A DNA stretch of 64,000 nucleotides from Chloroflexota bacterium (GTDB taxonomy: Bacteria; Chloroflexota; Dehalococcoidia; Lucifugimonadales; JADFKI01), in assembly GCA_027623195.1 (NCBI GenBank), contig JAQBUT010000016.1, forward strand, positions 18,697 to 82,696, written 5' to 3'. Numbering within the stretch: position 1 is the stretch's first letter; every line of letters begins with the position of its first letter. The notes under the pieces were generated by a model. The model saw only the letters and a list, made by a program, of their open reading frames with translations, ran no database searches and was not told where the DNA came from. Of this stretch, positions 1 through 9,038 are shown piece after piece. The position numbers were made by a program, and so were the translations under genes.

Positions 1-1167
1 AACCGTGACGAATGGCATGCGTTTAGCCAGACCGCCCAGATCCGGGATGTAACGAGTATGGGCCTTGTCGTATATGAAGCCAACCAATAGGAACAACAGT
101 CCCGTGATGGTGCCGTGTGTGAACATCTGCATTGCCGCGCCTGTTAGGCCAAGCGGGGATACGGAGCCTGCTACTCCAGCGACGGAGGCAATTCCCAACA
201 CCACAAAGCCCATGTGGCTAACGCTGCTGTAGGCGATAAGTCGCTTGAGGTCCGTCTGACGGAAAACGACGATACCACCGTACACGATGTTGATGACGCC
301 GGCCGTTGCAAGAATCCATGCGAATTGGGAAACCACTTCGGGGAACATGCCTACTGAAACCCGGAGCATGCCGTAGCCACCCATCTTTAGTAGGACTCCC
401 GCCAGCATGACGCTGCCCGCGGTGGGCGCGTCCGTGTGAGCGTCGGGCAGCCAAGTGTGGAAAGGCCACAGGGGTAGTTTCACTGCGAACGCCACGAACA
501 GTAGCGTGAAGACCATGCCCGCTGGGAGCAAAAGCTTACCGCCCGCAATGGCATCCGGCAACGCCGTCATGTCGAAGGTGCCTGTGGAGAAGAACAGTAC
601 CAGGATTCCGACAAGCATGAATGCGCTGCCCAGGATAGTGAATATCAGGAACTTCATGGCGGAGTATTCGCGCTTGTTCCTTGGTTCGCTTCCCCATACG
701 GATATGAGCATGAACATTGGCAGCAACTCAAGCTCCCAAAACAGGAAGAACATGAGGAAGTCCAAGGAGAGGAACACGCCCATGACGCCGGTCTGCAAAG
801 CCAACAGCCACATGAAGTACTCGCGCACTCGATGGCCGATGTGCCAAGACGCCAGCACCGCCACAAATCCAAGCAGGCCGGTCAAAAGCACCAGCGGTGC
901 GCTAAGTCCATCGACGCCTAAGAAGTATTGCACGGCGAAGCCGTCGCCCATGCCCGGAATCCAGTCCCTGATTTTGTCGACCATCTGGACGCCGCCAACG
1001 CTCGTGTCGTATCTGGCGAACACGATTACGGTCAATACAAGGTCTGCGGTGGCGACCAGCGCAGCGAAGGTGCGAATAAGCTTATCGCCACGAAGCAGCA
1101 AGGCAATCACAATCGCTCCTGCAATTGGCAGGAAGACAGTTATGGTTAGGAGACCGGAAAATCCCAA
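1..1167 (-). CDS. nuoM: NADH-quinone oxidoreductase subunit M (runs off the window start; not in ORF track)
   Basis: Hand translation from TTG at 1167: MGFSGLLTITVFLPIAGAIVIALLL..., containing GVDGLSAPLV, FFLFWELELLPMF and KLPLWPFHTWLPDAHTDAPT. Directly follows nuoL with AAGGA upstream. Confidence 0.93.
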   Translation of the reverse strand, partial: MGFSGLLTITVFLPIAGAIVIALLLRGDKLIRTFAALVATADLVLTVIVFARYDTSVGGVQMVDKIRDWIPGMGDGFAVQYFLGVDGLSAPLVLLTGLLGFVAVLASWHIGHRVREYFMWLLALQTGVMGVFLSLDFLMFFLFWELELLPMFMLISVWGSEPRNKREYSAMKFLIFTILGSAFMLVGILVLFFSTGTFDMTALPDAIAGGKLLLPAGMVFTLLFVAFAVKLPLWPFHTWLPDAHTDAPTAGSVMLAGVLLKMGGYGMLRVSVGMFPEVVSQFAWILATAGVINIVYGGIVVFRQTDLKRLIAYSSVSHMGFVVLGIASVAGVAGSVSPLGLTGAAMQMFTHGTITGLLFLLVGFIYDKAHTRYIPDLGGLAKRMPFVTV

Positions 1168-1176
1168 GCTAAGTCC

Positions 1177-3156
1177 TTATCCTCTGACGAATAGGAAGGC
1201 GCCGAATATTATTAGAATACCTATGGAAATGGCCATGCCGTATGTCTGCAACTGGCCCGTCTGCAGCTGACGTAAGGCCGACCCCGCGTTTGCGCCAAAC
1301 CAGCCGATTAGTCGCGCCAAGGCGTCTACTACCGACCTATCGAACCAGTCGAATGCGTAGGCCACGCTGCCGTAAAACACTCGACGGACCAATATGTCCT
1401 CATAAAGCTCGTCGAAATAATATTTCCTGGAAAGAAGCACGTATAACGGCCTGAACATCCGGCCCACAACTTCGGGGGATATAACCTTGACCTGGTACAT
1501 CATGTATGCCAAGAGTATTCCCGCTAGCGCTACTGCGCTGGAGAATGCCGCCAGCGATTTGTTGAATTCGGGCGCTCCAGAGTGCAGATTGTGCAAAGCC
1601 GGATTAGAGTGCAGGAATTCCGACATCCAATGAATGGGCACTACGCCAAGGTCTGTTAGCGGATTGGCCACGAAGCCGATTAGCACGGCAGGGACAGCCA
1701 GTATGAGCAACGGCCATAGCATCACGGCGGGCGACTCTCCAAGGTGCAGGCCTCCTCCGTGGGTTGGTGCGTCCGGGTCGGCCTCTGCGCCGCCCTTGAA
1801 GTCGCCATTAAATGTCATGAATAGCGCGCGGAACATATAGAAGGCCGTCATAAACACGGCGATGAGCGCCAGCAAGAAGACGAGGCCCCCTACAGGGTCT
1901 CCTGAGTCGAAAGCATGCGCCAGAATTTCGTCCTTACTCCAGAAGCCGGACAGCGGGAAGATGCCGGACAGACTCAAACTCCCTATGAGAAAGGTCGCGT
2001 ATGTCCAGGGCATGAACTTGCGAAGGCCGCCCATGTATCTCATGTCAAAGGTGCCGGTGGCGTGATTAACATTGCCGGATCCGAGGAACAGCAAGGCTTT
2101 GAAGAAGGCGTGGGTGAACAGGTGGAATATGGCCGCGCCGTATGCCCCTACGCCTAAGGCGAGCATCATGTATCCCAACTGGCTTACCGTGGAGTAGGCC
2201 AGCACCCTCTTTATGTCGTTGGACACCAGGCCCATCGATGCGGCGAATATTGCCGTTATGCCACCGATTAACGCCACCACGTTCATTGCAACCGGCGAAA
2301 TCTCGAAGAGAGGGAAGAACCTTGCCACCAGGAATACCCCAGCCGTGACCATCGTCGCGGCGTGGATCAGCGCGCTTACCGGCGTAGGGCCCTCCATGGC
2401 GTCCGGGAGCCAGGTGTGCAGCGGGAACTGCGCCGACTTGCCCATAGCCCCTGCGAATATACCCAAGGCCACCCATTGCGCCACGCCCACAGATATGATG
2501 CCCAAGTCTATCGCATGATAAATGTCGGTTATCACGAAGGGGTTGAGGTCTGCGGCCCGGAAAGTATCACCGTTGAAGAACAGGTACAGTATCGCCAGCA
2601 AAAGTCCAAAGTCCGCGAACCGCGTTATGATGAACGCCTTCTTTGCTGCCGCAGCCGCCGACGGCCTGTCGAACCAGAACCCGATTAGCAGGTACGACCC
2701 CAGTCCGACCAGCTCCCAGAATACGAATATCTGTAGCAGGTTGTTGGCCAGGACCAGACCAAGCATGGCCATGGTGAAAAGCGACATGCTGGCGTAATAA
2801 CGAGTGTAGCCGCGGTCGCCGTGCATGTAGCCGATGGAATAGATCTGCACCATAAGACTGACGCCCGTGACCACCACGAGCATCACCGCCGTAAGTGGGT
2901 CCATAAGGATTCCCACGGCGAAATTGAATTCCCCTGCTGAAAACCAGTCGTGCAGCGGATAGGCTATGTGGCCGTCACTAGCGACTGTACTGAACAGCGC
3001 AACTAGCGACAGCACGAAGGACGCGCCTACGGCCAGAATCGTTACGTACCCAGCCAACTGCGACGCTGAGCCAAGCGTCGGCCTGATGACTATTGAAATC
3101 AAGAGGAACGACGCCAGCGGCAGGAACAGAATTAACCAGGCTGCGGCTTCAGGCAT
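1177..3156 (-). CDS. nuoL: NADH-quinone oxidoreductase subunit L
   Basis: 659 aa polytopic protein with WELVGLGSYLLIGFW, GKSAQFPLHTWLPDAMEGPTPVSALIHAATMV and HAFFKALLFL. Confidence 0.97.
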   Translation of the reverse strand: MPEAAAWLILFLPLASFLLISIVIRPTLGSASQLAGYVTILAVGASFVLSLVALFSTVASDGHIAYPLHDWFSAGEFNFAVGILMDPLTAVMLVVVTGVSLMVQIYSIGYMHGDRGYTRYYASMSLFTMAMLGLVLANNLLQIFVFWELVGLGSYLLIGFWFDRPSAAAAAKKAFIITRFADFGLLLAILYLFFNGDTFRAADLNPFVITDIYHAIDLGIISVGVAQWVALGIFAGAMGKSAQFPLHTWLPDAMEGPTPVSALIHAATMVTAGVFLVARFFPLFEISPVAMNVVALIGGITAIFAASMGLVSNDIKRVLAYSTVSQLGYMMLALGVGAYGAAIFHLFTHAFFKALLFLGSGNVNHATGTFDMRYMGGLRKFMPWTYATFLIGSLSLSGIFPLSGFWSKDEILAHAFDSGDPVGGLVFLLALIAVFMTAFYMFRALFMTFNGDFKGGAEADPDAPTHGGGLHLGESPAVMLWPLLILAVPAVLIGFVANPLTDLGVVPIHWMSEFLHSNPALHNLHSGAPEFNKSLAAFSSAVALAGILLAYMMYQVKVISPEVVGRMFRPLYVLLSRKYYFDELYEDILVRRVFYGSVAYAFDWFDRSVVDALARLIGWFGANAGSALRQLQTGQLQTYGMAISIGILIIFGAFLFVRG

Positions 3157-3159
3157 CCT

Positions 3160-3354
3160 TTACAGCTTCCTCAATATTTCGTCGGCAACGTGTTCGCGGC
3201 CCTTTGGCACCAGAACGCGAAAAGGCACTCGTTCCCCCCAGGTCAAGATGTCGCCTTCAGGAATTATCTTGGTGGGCAAACCGTCGCCCTCCAAGACGTC
3301 TTTCCACATCTCGGCGATCATCAGGTTGGGAGCTTTTCTGTAATCAACCCACAT
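3160..3354 (-). CDS. small DUF2007-like (GlnB/PII-like fold) protein inside the nuo operon
   Basis: 64 aa; pattern W..(APN)...AEMWKDVLE..G.P....(RVLVP)...A.EIL matches DUF2007 by eye; gaps of 3 and 14 bp to nuoL and nuoK. Confidence 0.7.
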   Translation of the reverse strand: MWVDYRKAPNLMIAEMWKDVLEGDGLPTKIIPEGDILTWGERVPFRVLVPKGREHVADEILRKL

Positions 3355-3368
3355 TTAATAAATGCGAC

Positions 3369-3722
3369 CTACTTCTTTAGTTCTGCGACGTCTGTTACGT
3401 AAATGCTGGAACGTTGTCGGAAAATGGCCAGTACGATGGCCAGCCCCAGGGCTACCTCTGCCGCCGCCACTGTGATGATGAACACTGAAAATATCTGACC
3501 GGTCAGCAGGAATCTTGCGGCCGTGTCGGCAGTTGTCTCTGGATTGCCCAACAAAGCCTGAGGCACAACGTAGCGCGAAAATGCCACGGCCGTAATGTTC
3601 ACTGCGTTGAACATCAACTCGATGGACATAAGAACGGTTATGGCGTTGCGCTTTGCCATGGCACCGTAAAGGCCAATGGCAAATATGATGGCTGCTACTA
3701 TCAGGAAGTTTTCGAGGTTCAA
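3369..3722 (-). CDS. nuoK: NADH-quinone oxidoreductase subunit K
   Basis: LMSIELMFNAVN and VAAAEVALGLAI motifs. Confidence 0.95.
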   Translation of the reverse strand: MNLENFLIVAAIIFAIGLYGAMAKRNAITVLMSIELMFNAVNITAVAFSRYVVPQALLGNPETTADTAARFLLTGQIFSVFIITVAAAEVALGLAIVLAIFRQRSSIYVTDVAELKK

Positions 3723-3723
3723 G

Positions 3724-4284
3724 CTATTCCCTCTCCCTGATGAGCGCCAACGCTCCTATGACGGCTGCCAACAACACTACGGACGCTACCTCGAACGCGA
3801 GGACGAAATCTCGGAGCAGCATTTGCCCGATCCAAGGCACCGTGTTAGAAAATACCAGGGCGATTCCGTCGGCCGCCTCTGCGCTGAAAGCCCCGGCGGC
3901 AAGCGCTGCATCGATAGTGATCCAGTTTGTGGACGTGACCACAAAAATGGCGACAATAGCGAATAGAACGGCAGCTATGCCCATGGGTAGACGCAACGTG
4001 TTGCCCGGGCTGCCCTCCTCCACGTCGCGGGTCATGAATATGGCGAAGATTATCAGGACTGATATGGCCCCAACATAAATCAGGACCTGGATTATAGCCA
4101 GAAACTCTGCCCTAAGAAGAACGAACATACCCGCCACGCCAATAAAGGCTACGATCAGGAACAGCGCCGACCTGAACAGGTCCCGAAGCTGCACCACAGC
4201 GAACGCAGCCACTATAGTGGATACGGCGATCATCCAGAAGATGACGTCTACGAAGAGTGTCGACTCTGTCCCCTGCCCTAGCAT
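3724..4284 (-). CDS. nuoJ: NADH-quinone oxidoreductase subunit J
   Basis: AEFLAIIQVLIYVGAISVL and FEVASVVLLAAVIGA. Start placed at ATG 4284, which overlaps the nuoI stop (TAATG). Confidence 0.93.
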   Translation of the reverse strand: MLGQGTESTLFVDVIFWMIAVSTIVAAFAVVQLRDLFRSALFLIVAFIGVAGMFVLLRAEFLAIIQVLIYVGAISVLIIFAIFMTRDVEEGSPGNTLRLPMGIAAVLFAIVAIFVVTSTNWITIDAALAAGAFSAEAADGIALVFSNTVPWIGQMLLRDFVLAFEVASVVLLAAVIGALALIRERE

Positions 4285-4955
4285 TATCTCTTGGCCCACT
4301 TCTTCTGCTGGTCTTCCCTGCTGGGTTTCACGTGACGTCCCGCCTTGGTCCAGTCAACTTCGTCGCCGCTCTGCGGATCGAAGCCTTGCCCCTCTATTTG
4401 CGGGCGGAACCAGGTGCTGGGACGTTTGGGTGCGTCATTAAGCCGCTGCTTGTCGATGACCAGGTCGCGGCGGCTGTACTTGCCTTCCTCGAATCCAGAA
4501 CCCATGTGTAACGCGTCATAAGGGCACGCCTCCACGCAGAGGCCACAGAACATGCATCGGCCCATGTCGATGTCGAACACGTCCAGCACGTACTTGTCCC
4601 CTTCGTCTACAGCCTTCTCGCTGGGGTGCGTTACGATGCGGATAATGCCCAGTGGGCAGTACTTGGCGCAACTGGCGCACCCGGTACATCGGTCCTCGTA
4701 CCAGCTAAATTCCTCGCCACGGAAACGCGAGTGCTGCGGCATGCGGTCTTCTACCGATGCGAGACCGACCATGGCCTTGAGGGTCATAAGCGGTCGCTTG
4801 ATGCTGTAAGTGATAGGGTTTGTACCCTCTAACTTAGCCAGTCCTAACAGTCCTATCTTGCGGTCCGGGTACTGGTGCAAGGTGAACATGCGACCGGGCA
4901 TAAGCATGTTCTTCATGGTAATGGTCAGGCCTTTGGCCAGCCCTAATCCGTACAT
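4284..4955 (-). CDS. nuoI: NADH-quinone oxidoreductase subunit I (2x[4Fe-4S])
   Basis: CTGCASCAKYCP and CMFCGLCVEACP ferredoxin motifs; QYP...RFRG. Confidence 0.93.
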   Translation of the reverse strand: MYGLGLAKGLTITMKNMLMPGRMFTLHQYPDRKIGLLGLAKLEGTNPITYSIKRPLMTLKAMVGLASVEDRMPQHSRFRGEEFSWYEDRCTGCASCAKYCPLGIIRIVTHPSEKAVDEGDKYVLDVFDIDMGRCMFCGLCVEACPYDALHMGSGFEEGKYSRRDLVIDKQRLNDAPKRPSTWFRPQIEGQGFDPQSGDEVDWTKAGRHVKPSREDQQKKWAKR

Positions 4956-4956
4956 G

Positions 4957-6165
4957 CTAATCTGCCTCCGCGTACATGTTCGCCAGCGGCGACGGCGTGG
5001 GTACAGGTCGCTCCCACTGCTTGCTTCCGAAAACCTTCGCCATGAATGCGATTGTCACGACTGTGACGCCCCAATTTATGGCGGCCATCAGCCACAGGTC
5101 GGATGTGGTCAGCGCCCCTGTGTTCGGGTCCTGCAACAGCATGACTTCCACGGCCACGACGAAAATGTTCAGAAGGGCCATCGCGAAAAGGCCCTTCCAG
5201 GCGAATGCCATAATCTGGTCGATGCGTAGTCGAGGCCATGTGGCTCTAACCCAAAGCAATGCGAACATGATGACGAAGACCTTGAGCACGAACCAAATCT
5301 GCCCAGGAATCGGGTCCCAACCACGAGTCCCACTGAAGAAGAGCACCGTGGCGATTATGCTCGTTACCAGTGGCGCCATGAACTCCGCCAACTGGAAGAT
5401 AGCAAACTTCATGCCGCTGTACTCGGTATGGTAACCGGCCCCTAATTCGGATTCAGCCTCAATTTGGTCAAAGGGCGTGCGGCTCATCTCCGCAGACGCC
5501 GCGGCCATGAATACCAGGAAGCCCAGCGGCTGAACCAGCCAGAATGGCACTCCCTGCGCGGCCACTACATCGAACAGCGATAACGAGTTGGCTATAAGCA
5601 CTACACCTGTGATGCTCAATGCCATTGGCACCTCGTAGCTCACGAGCATGGCCACACCACGCATTGCGCCTATCATGGCGTACTTGTTTCGTGAGGCCCA
5701 TCCTCCAGCCAGCACGGCTATGGTGTTCACTGAAGTTATGCCGATGATAAATAGCACGCCTATGTTCAGACGGCCAAGAAAGGTGTCATCACCAAAAGGT
5801 ATGATGGCAATGACCAGCAAGGCGGGCACCAGCAAGATAACGGGTGCAATATTGAATACCAGACGGTCGGCCAACGCCGGCACTGTGTCCTCTTTGACCA
5901 TTAGCTTTAGCACGTCGGCAATAGGCTGCAGCAGTCCGAATGGCCCCCAGCGGTTGGGACCTAGGCGGGCCTGCATTCTGCCTATGACTCGGCGTTCAAA
6001 CCAGGTGTAGAGTCCTGTGCCCATCACCATGACGTTGATGACTATGAAGGAGACTAGCCCGCCAGCTAGAACGAATGCCAGCCAGTCCATTCCGTCGGGT
6101 AGGAAGAAATCAAAAAAGCCATAAACGCTATGAAAATCTAGGAAGCCGGCCTGCAGAGATTCCAT
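4957..6165 (-). CDS. nuoH: NADH-quinone oxidoreductase subunit H
   Basis: ERRVIGRMQARLGPNRWGPFGLLQPIADVLKL and RTPFDQIEAESEL. Confidence 0.97.
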   Translation of the reverse strand: MESLQAGFLDFHSVYGFFDFFLPDGMDWLAFVLAGGLVSFIVINVMVMGTGLYTWFERRVIGRMQARLGPNRWGPFGLLQPIADVLKLMVKEDTVPALADRLVFNIAPVILLVPALLVIAIIPFGDDTFLGRLNIGVLFIIGITSVNTIAVLAGGWASRNKYAMIGAMRGVAMLVSYEVPMALSITGVVLIANSLSLFDVVAAQGVPFWLVQPLGFLVFMAAASAEMSRTPFDQIEAESELGAGYHTEYSGMKFAIFQLAEFMAPLVTSIIATVLFFSGTRGWDPIPGQIWFVLKVFVIMFALLWVRATWPRLRIDQIMAFAWKGLFAMALLNIFVVAVEVMLLQDPNTGALTTSDLWLMAAINWGVTVVTIAFMAKVFGSKQWERPVPTPSPLANMYAEAD

Positions 6166-7271
6166 TACCGGTCGACCTCCCCCAGAACGATGTCGATGGA
6201 GCCGAATATGATGATGAGGTCGCTCATCTTCCAGCCCACCAGCATGTCCCGTAACGCCGTAATGTTAATGAATGACGGCGCACGCACGTGGCAACGATAA
6301 GGAGATATTCCGCCGTCGCTTACCAGGTAAAAGCCAAGCTCACCCTTTGGAGACTCCACGGAAGCGTATGCATCGCCCGCCGGCGGCCTGATGAAGTAAG
6401 GCGTCCCTGTCCGAATAGGGCCCTGTGGTATGTCGCGGATGCACTGCTCCACAATCTTGATGCTCTCTCGCATTTCCAGAACACGCACCATGTAGCGGTC
6501 GAAGGTGTCGCCTAGCGCGCCGATGGGAATGTCGAAATCAAGCCTGTCGTAAATTTCATATGGGTTAGCCTTACGAAGGTCCCACTGTACCCCGGCAGCT
6601 CTGAGCATGGGCCCGGTAATTGAGGCGTTGATCGCCTGCGCGTCGGTGAGAATGCCGACATCCCGGGTGCGTGTCAGCACAATCTCGTTGCCGGAAATAA
6701 GGCTCTCAATCTCGTCGAGATACCCAGGGAAGTCGTTAACAAAGGTATTCAGTGCCGGCCAGAACTCGGCAGGGGCGTCCTGTAACACGCCGCCCGGTCG
6801 CATGTAGGTCAAGGTTATGCGCGCGCCACAAAGCATCTCGAACATATCGAGAATCCGTTCGCGCTCTCGGAAGCAGTACATAAGCGGAGTGGCCAAGGCG
6901 CCAAGGTCGTTCAGTAAGAACCCCGTAGCCATCAGGTGGCTGGCAATGCGCTGCAACTCGGCGCAGATTACGCGAATGTACTGCGCTCGTTCAGGCACAT
7001 CAATGCCCGCCAATTTTTCCACCGAGCTGACGTACGCCAGGTTGTTGGACATGCTGGCCGTGTAGTCCATGCGGTCCGTAAGCGTGACGATTTGGACGTA
7101 GCTCCGTCCCTCGGCCAGCTTTTCAGACCCTCGGTGCAGATAACCCATTACCGGCTCCGCATCGACAACGGTCTCGCCATCAAAAGTTACCCTTAGCCTG
7201 AACACGCCGTGAGTGCTGGGGTGCTGAGGGCCAAGGTTTAGAATGACCGGTTCAGACTTCATCTCAGACAT
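6165..7271 (-). CDS. nuoD: NADH-quinone oxidoreductase subunit D
   Basis: NLGPQHPSTHGVFRL, GYLHRG, and C-terminal DIVLGEVDR. Confidence 0.97.
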   Translation of the reverse strand: MSEMKSEPVILNLGPQHPSTHGVFRLRVTFDGETVVDAEPVMGYLHRGSEKLAEGRSYVQIVTLTDRMDYTASMSNNLAYVSSVEKLAGIDVPERAQYIRVICAELQRIASHLMATGFLLNDLGALATPLMYCFRERERILDMFEMLCGARITLTYMRPGGVLQDAPAEFWPALNTFVNDFPGYLDEIESLISGNEIVLTRTRDVGILTDAQAINASITGPMLRAAGVQWDLRKANPYEIYDRLDFDIPIGALGDTFDRYMVRVLEMRESIKIVEQCIRDIPQGPIRTGTPYFIRPPAGDAYASVESPKGELGFYLVSDGGISPYRCHVRAPSFINITALRDMLVGWKMSDLIIIFGSIDIVLGEVDR

Positions 7272-7746
7272 CGAGGTCCTCAGGCCTTTGCATTTCCCCG
7301 TCCTGGCCCAGGTAGTCCTTCCTCAAAGGATGACCTGGAAAGCCCTCCCACAAGAGGATTCGCTTGAGGTTGGGGTGGCCATCGAACCGGATACCCATGA
7401 GGTCCCAGACCTCTCGTTCCTGGAAGTCGGCACCCTGCCAAATGCTCGTCACCGACGACACCGACAAGTCCTCCCTTCCGTAGCAGCGCGACTTTATCAC
7501 TACGCTATGGTTATTTCTCATGGAAAGCAGCCGGTACACCAGTTCGAAGTACTCGATATAGTCGATGGAGGTAATCGATGTCAGGAAGGAGAAGTCGAGA
7601 GCATAGTCGCCATTGAGGAATGTTGCCACTTCCAGAATGGACTGCGGCGACACCCAAACATCTGTCTGGTTGGAGTCCGTAGCCGCTCCGGGTATGGACT
7701 CGTTAATGCGGCTTGCAACGCTACTGCCTTGAAGGGCCCTAGTCAT
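7264..7746 (-). CDS. nuoC: NADH-quinone oxidoreductase subunit C
   Basis: EREVWDLMGIRFDGHPNLKRIL...GHPLRKDY. Confidence 0.96.
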   Translation of the reverse strand: MTRALQGSSVASRINESIPGAATDSNQTDVWVSPQSILEVATFLNGDYALDFSFLTSITSIDYIEYFELVYRLLSMRNNHSVVIKSRCYGREDLSVSSVTSIWQGADFQEREVWDLMGIRFDGHPNLKRILLWEGFPGHPLRKDYLGQDGEMQRPEDLDV

Positions 7747-7760
7747 ACTTGAAAAGCCAC

Positions 7761-8381
7761 CTACGGCTTTCTGGATATGCTGTAGCGCTTGATCTTCTCA
7801 TGCAACTGCATGATGCCGTATAGAAGGGCGTCGGGTCGTGGAGGGCACCCGGGCACATAAACGTCTACCGGGATGATGTGGTTTACACCAGGCACCACAC
7901 TGTAACTGCCGTAGTAGGGGCCGCCGCTGGTAGCGCAAACGCCCATGGAGATAACCCATTTGGGTTCTGCCATCTGCTCGTATACCCGCATTATGGCAGG
8001 GGCCATTTTCCAAGTGACCGTCCCCGCGATAATGATAAGGTCCGCCTGCCGAGGTGATGGCCTGAATGCCTCCATACCGAATCGCGAAATGTCGAAACGG
8101 GACATGGCGCTGGCCATCATTTCGAAGGCGCAACAGGCCAGGCCGAAAGACAGCGGCCACAGTGCAGACTTGCGTCCCCAGTTAACCAACGCATCAATGG
8201 AAGTCACTGCGACGTTGCGCTGTAGATCGTCCGGAACTTCGATAATCGGTTCCGACAAGGCGTCCTGATGCGTCGCCTTTAGGTGGTTGATGATCTGACC
8301 TTCGTCCTGATCCACGCCCCAGGTCTGCTGGTGCAGAGGTATTGTGAGGCTGGGGTTCTGGGGCAGATTGCCGCTTTGCAT
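7761..8381 (-). CDS. nuoB: NADH-quinone oxidoreductase subunit B
   Basis: [27 protein letters not shown]. Start placed at ATG 8381, overlapping the nuoA stop. Confidence 0.96.
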   Translation of the reverse strand: MQSGNLPQNPSLTIPLHQQTWGVDQDEGQIINHLKATHQDALSEPIIEVPDDLQRNVAVTSIDALVNWGRKSALWPLSFGLACCAFEMMASAMSRFDISRFGMEAFRPSPRQADLIIIAGTVTWKMAPAIMRVYEQMAEPKWVISMGVCATSGGPYYGSYSVVPGVNHIIPVDVYVPGCPPRPDALLYGIMQLHEKIKRYSISRKP

Positions 8382-8776
8382 TAACTCCACTCCAGGGCCC
8401 CCTTTTTCCAGGCATAAAGCCATCCAACAATGAGAATGCCTATGAAGACTACCATTTCCAACAGGGCGTAAATGCCGAAGCTCCGTGACATGTATCCGAA
8501 GCTGGCAGCCCAGGGGAACAGAAATGCCACTTCAACGTCGAAAACCACGAAAATCAAAGCGAAGCCGTAAAACCGGAAATTGAACTGGCTCCACCTGGTC
8601 GTGAGCGTCTCGAAGCCACATTCGTAAATGCTTGATTTAATAGCGCTGGGTACCCTTGGCCGGATGTTGGCCATGGATAACATCCACGACATCATCAGCA
8701 TCCCTGTAGGAACTGCTACGGCCAGTGCGGCGAATATGGCTATGAGGCCATACTGCCGGAAGTAATCGTCAATCAT
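8381..8776 (-). CDS. nuoA: NADH-quinone oxidoreductase subunit A
   Basis: [29 protein letters not shown]. Start moved to ATG 8776 (MIDDYF) because the longer ORF runs through the promoter region. Confidence 0.95.
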   Translation of the reverse strand: MIDDYFRQYGLIAIFAALAVAVPTGMLMMSWMLSMANIRPRVPSAIKSSIYECGFETLTTRWSQFNFRFYGFALIFVVFDVEVAFLFPWAASFGYMSRSFGIYALLEMVVFIGILIVGWLYAWKKGALEWS

Positions 8777-8812
8777 TAATCCGCACTTGGGAAGGTCGAA
8801 TTTACCGCGCTG

Positions 8813-8842
8813 AATATAGCATAGTGCGTTAAAATATTGCAA
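8813..8842 (-). promoter_or_regulatory. putative sigma70 promoter of the nuo operon
   Basis: Minus strand TTGCAA, 18 nt ending TGC, TATATT; about 36 nt upstream of the nuoA ATG. Confidence 0.55.
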
Positions 8843-8858
8843 GTGAAAAATTCCACAA
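8841..8858. promoter_or_regulatory. Rex- or CRP/FNR-like operator overlapping the nuo -35
   Basis: Minus strand TTGTGGA-ATTT-TTCACTT vs Rex consensus TTGTGAA-N4-TTCACAA (11/14). Confidence 0.35.
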
Positions 8859-8921
8859 ATAAAAGCCCAGCAACGCCTTAACGAGCGGGCGGGAATAGCC
8901 GTTAACTCCGGTAACGCCGTG

Positions 8922-8950
8922 TTGACAGTGCTGTAGCGGAATGCTAGGAT
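8922..8950 (+). promoter_or_regulatory. putative sigma70 promoter of the hopanoid operon
   Basis: TTGACA, 17 nt ending TGC, TAGGAT. Confidence 0.65.
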
Positions 8951-9038
8951 TTGCCATCGTAATACTATGTAGTCCTGTCCAACCGTCTTGCAGGGCTTGT
9001 GTGACGGCTGCAGGCTACCATTCCGGCAGGTTGCTTGA

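Noticed and set aside
455..1270. 271-aa plus-strand ORF, and similar long antisense ORFs (9354-10016, 15957-16856, 21767-22528, 44151-45185)
   Set aside because: Shadows of well-supported genes on the opposite strand; no recognisable motifs
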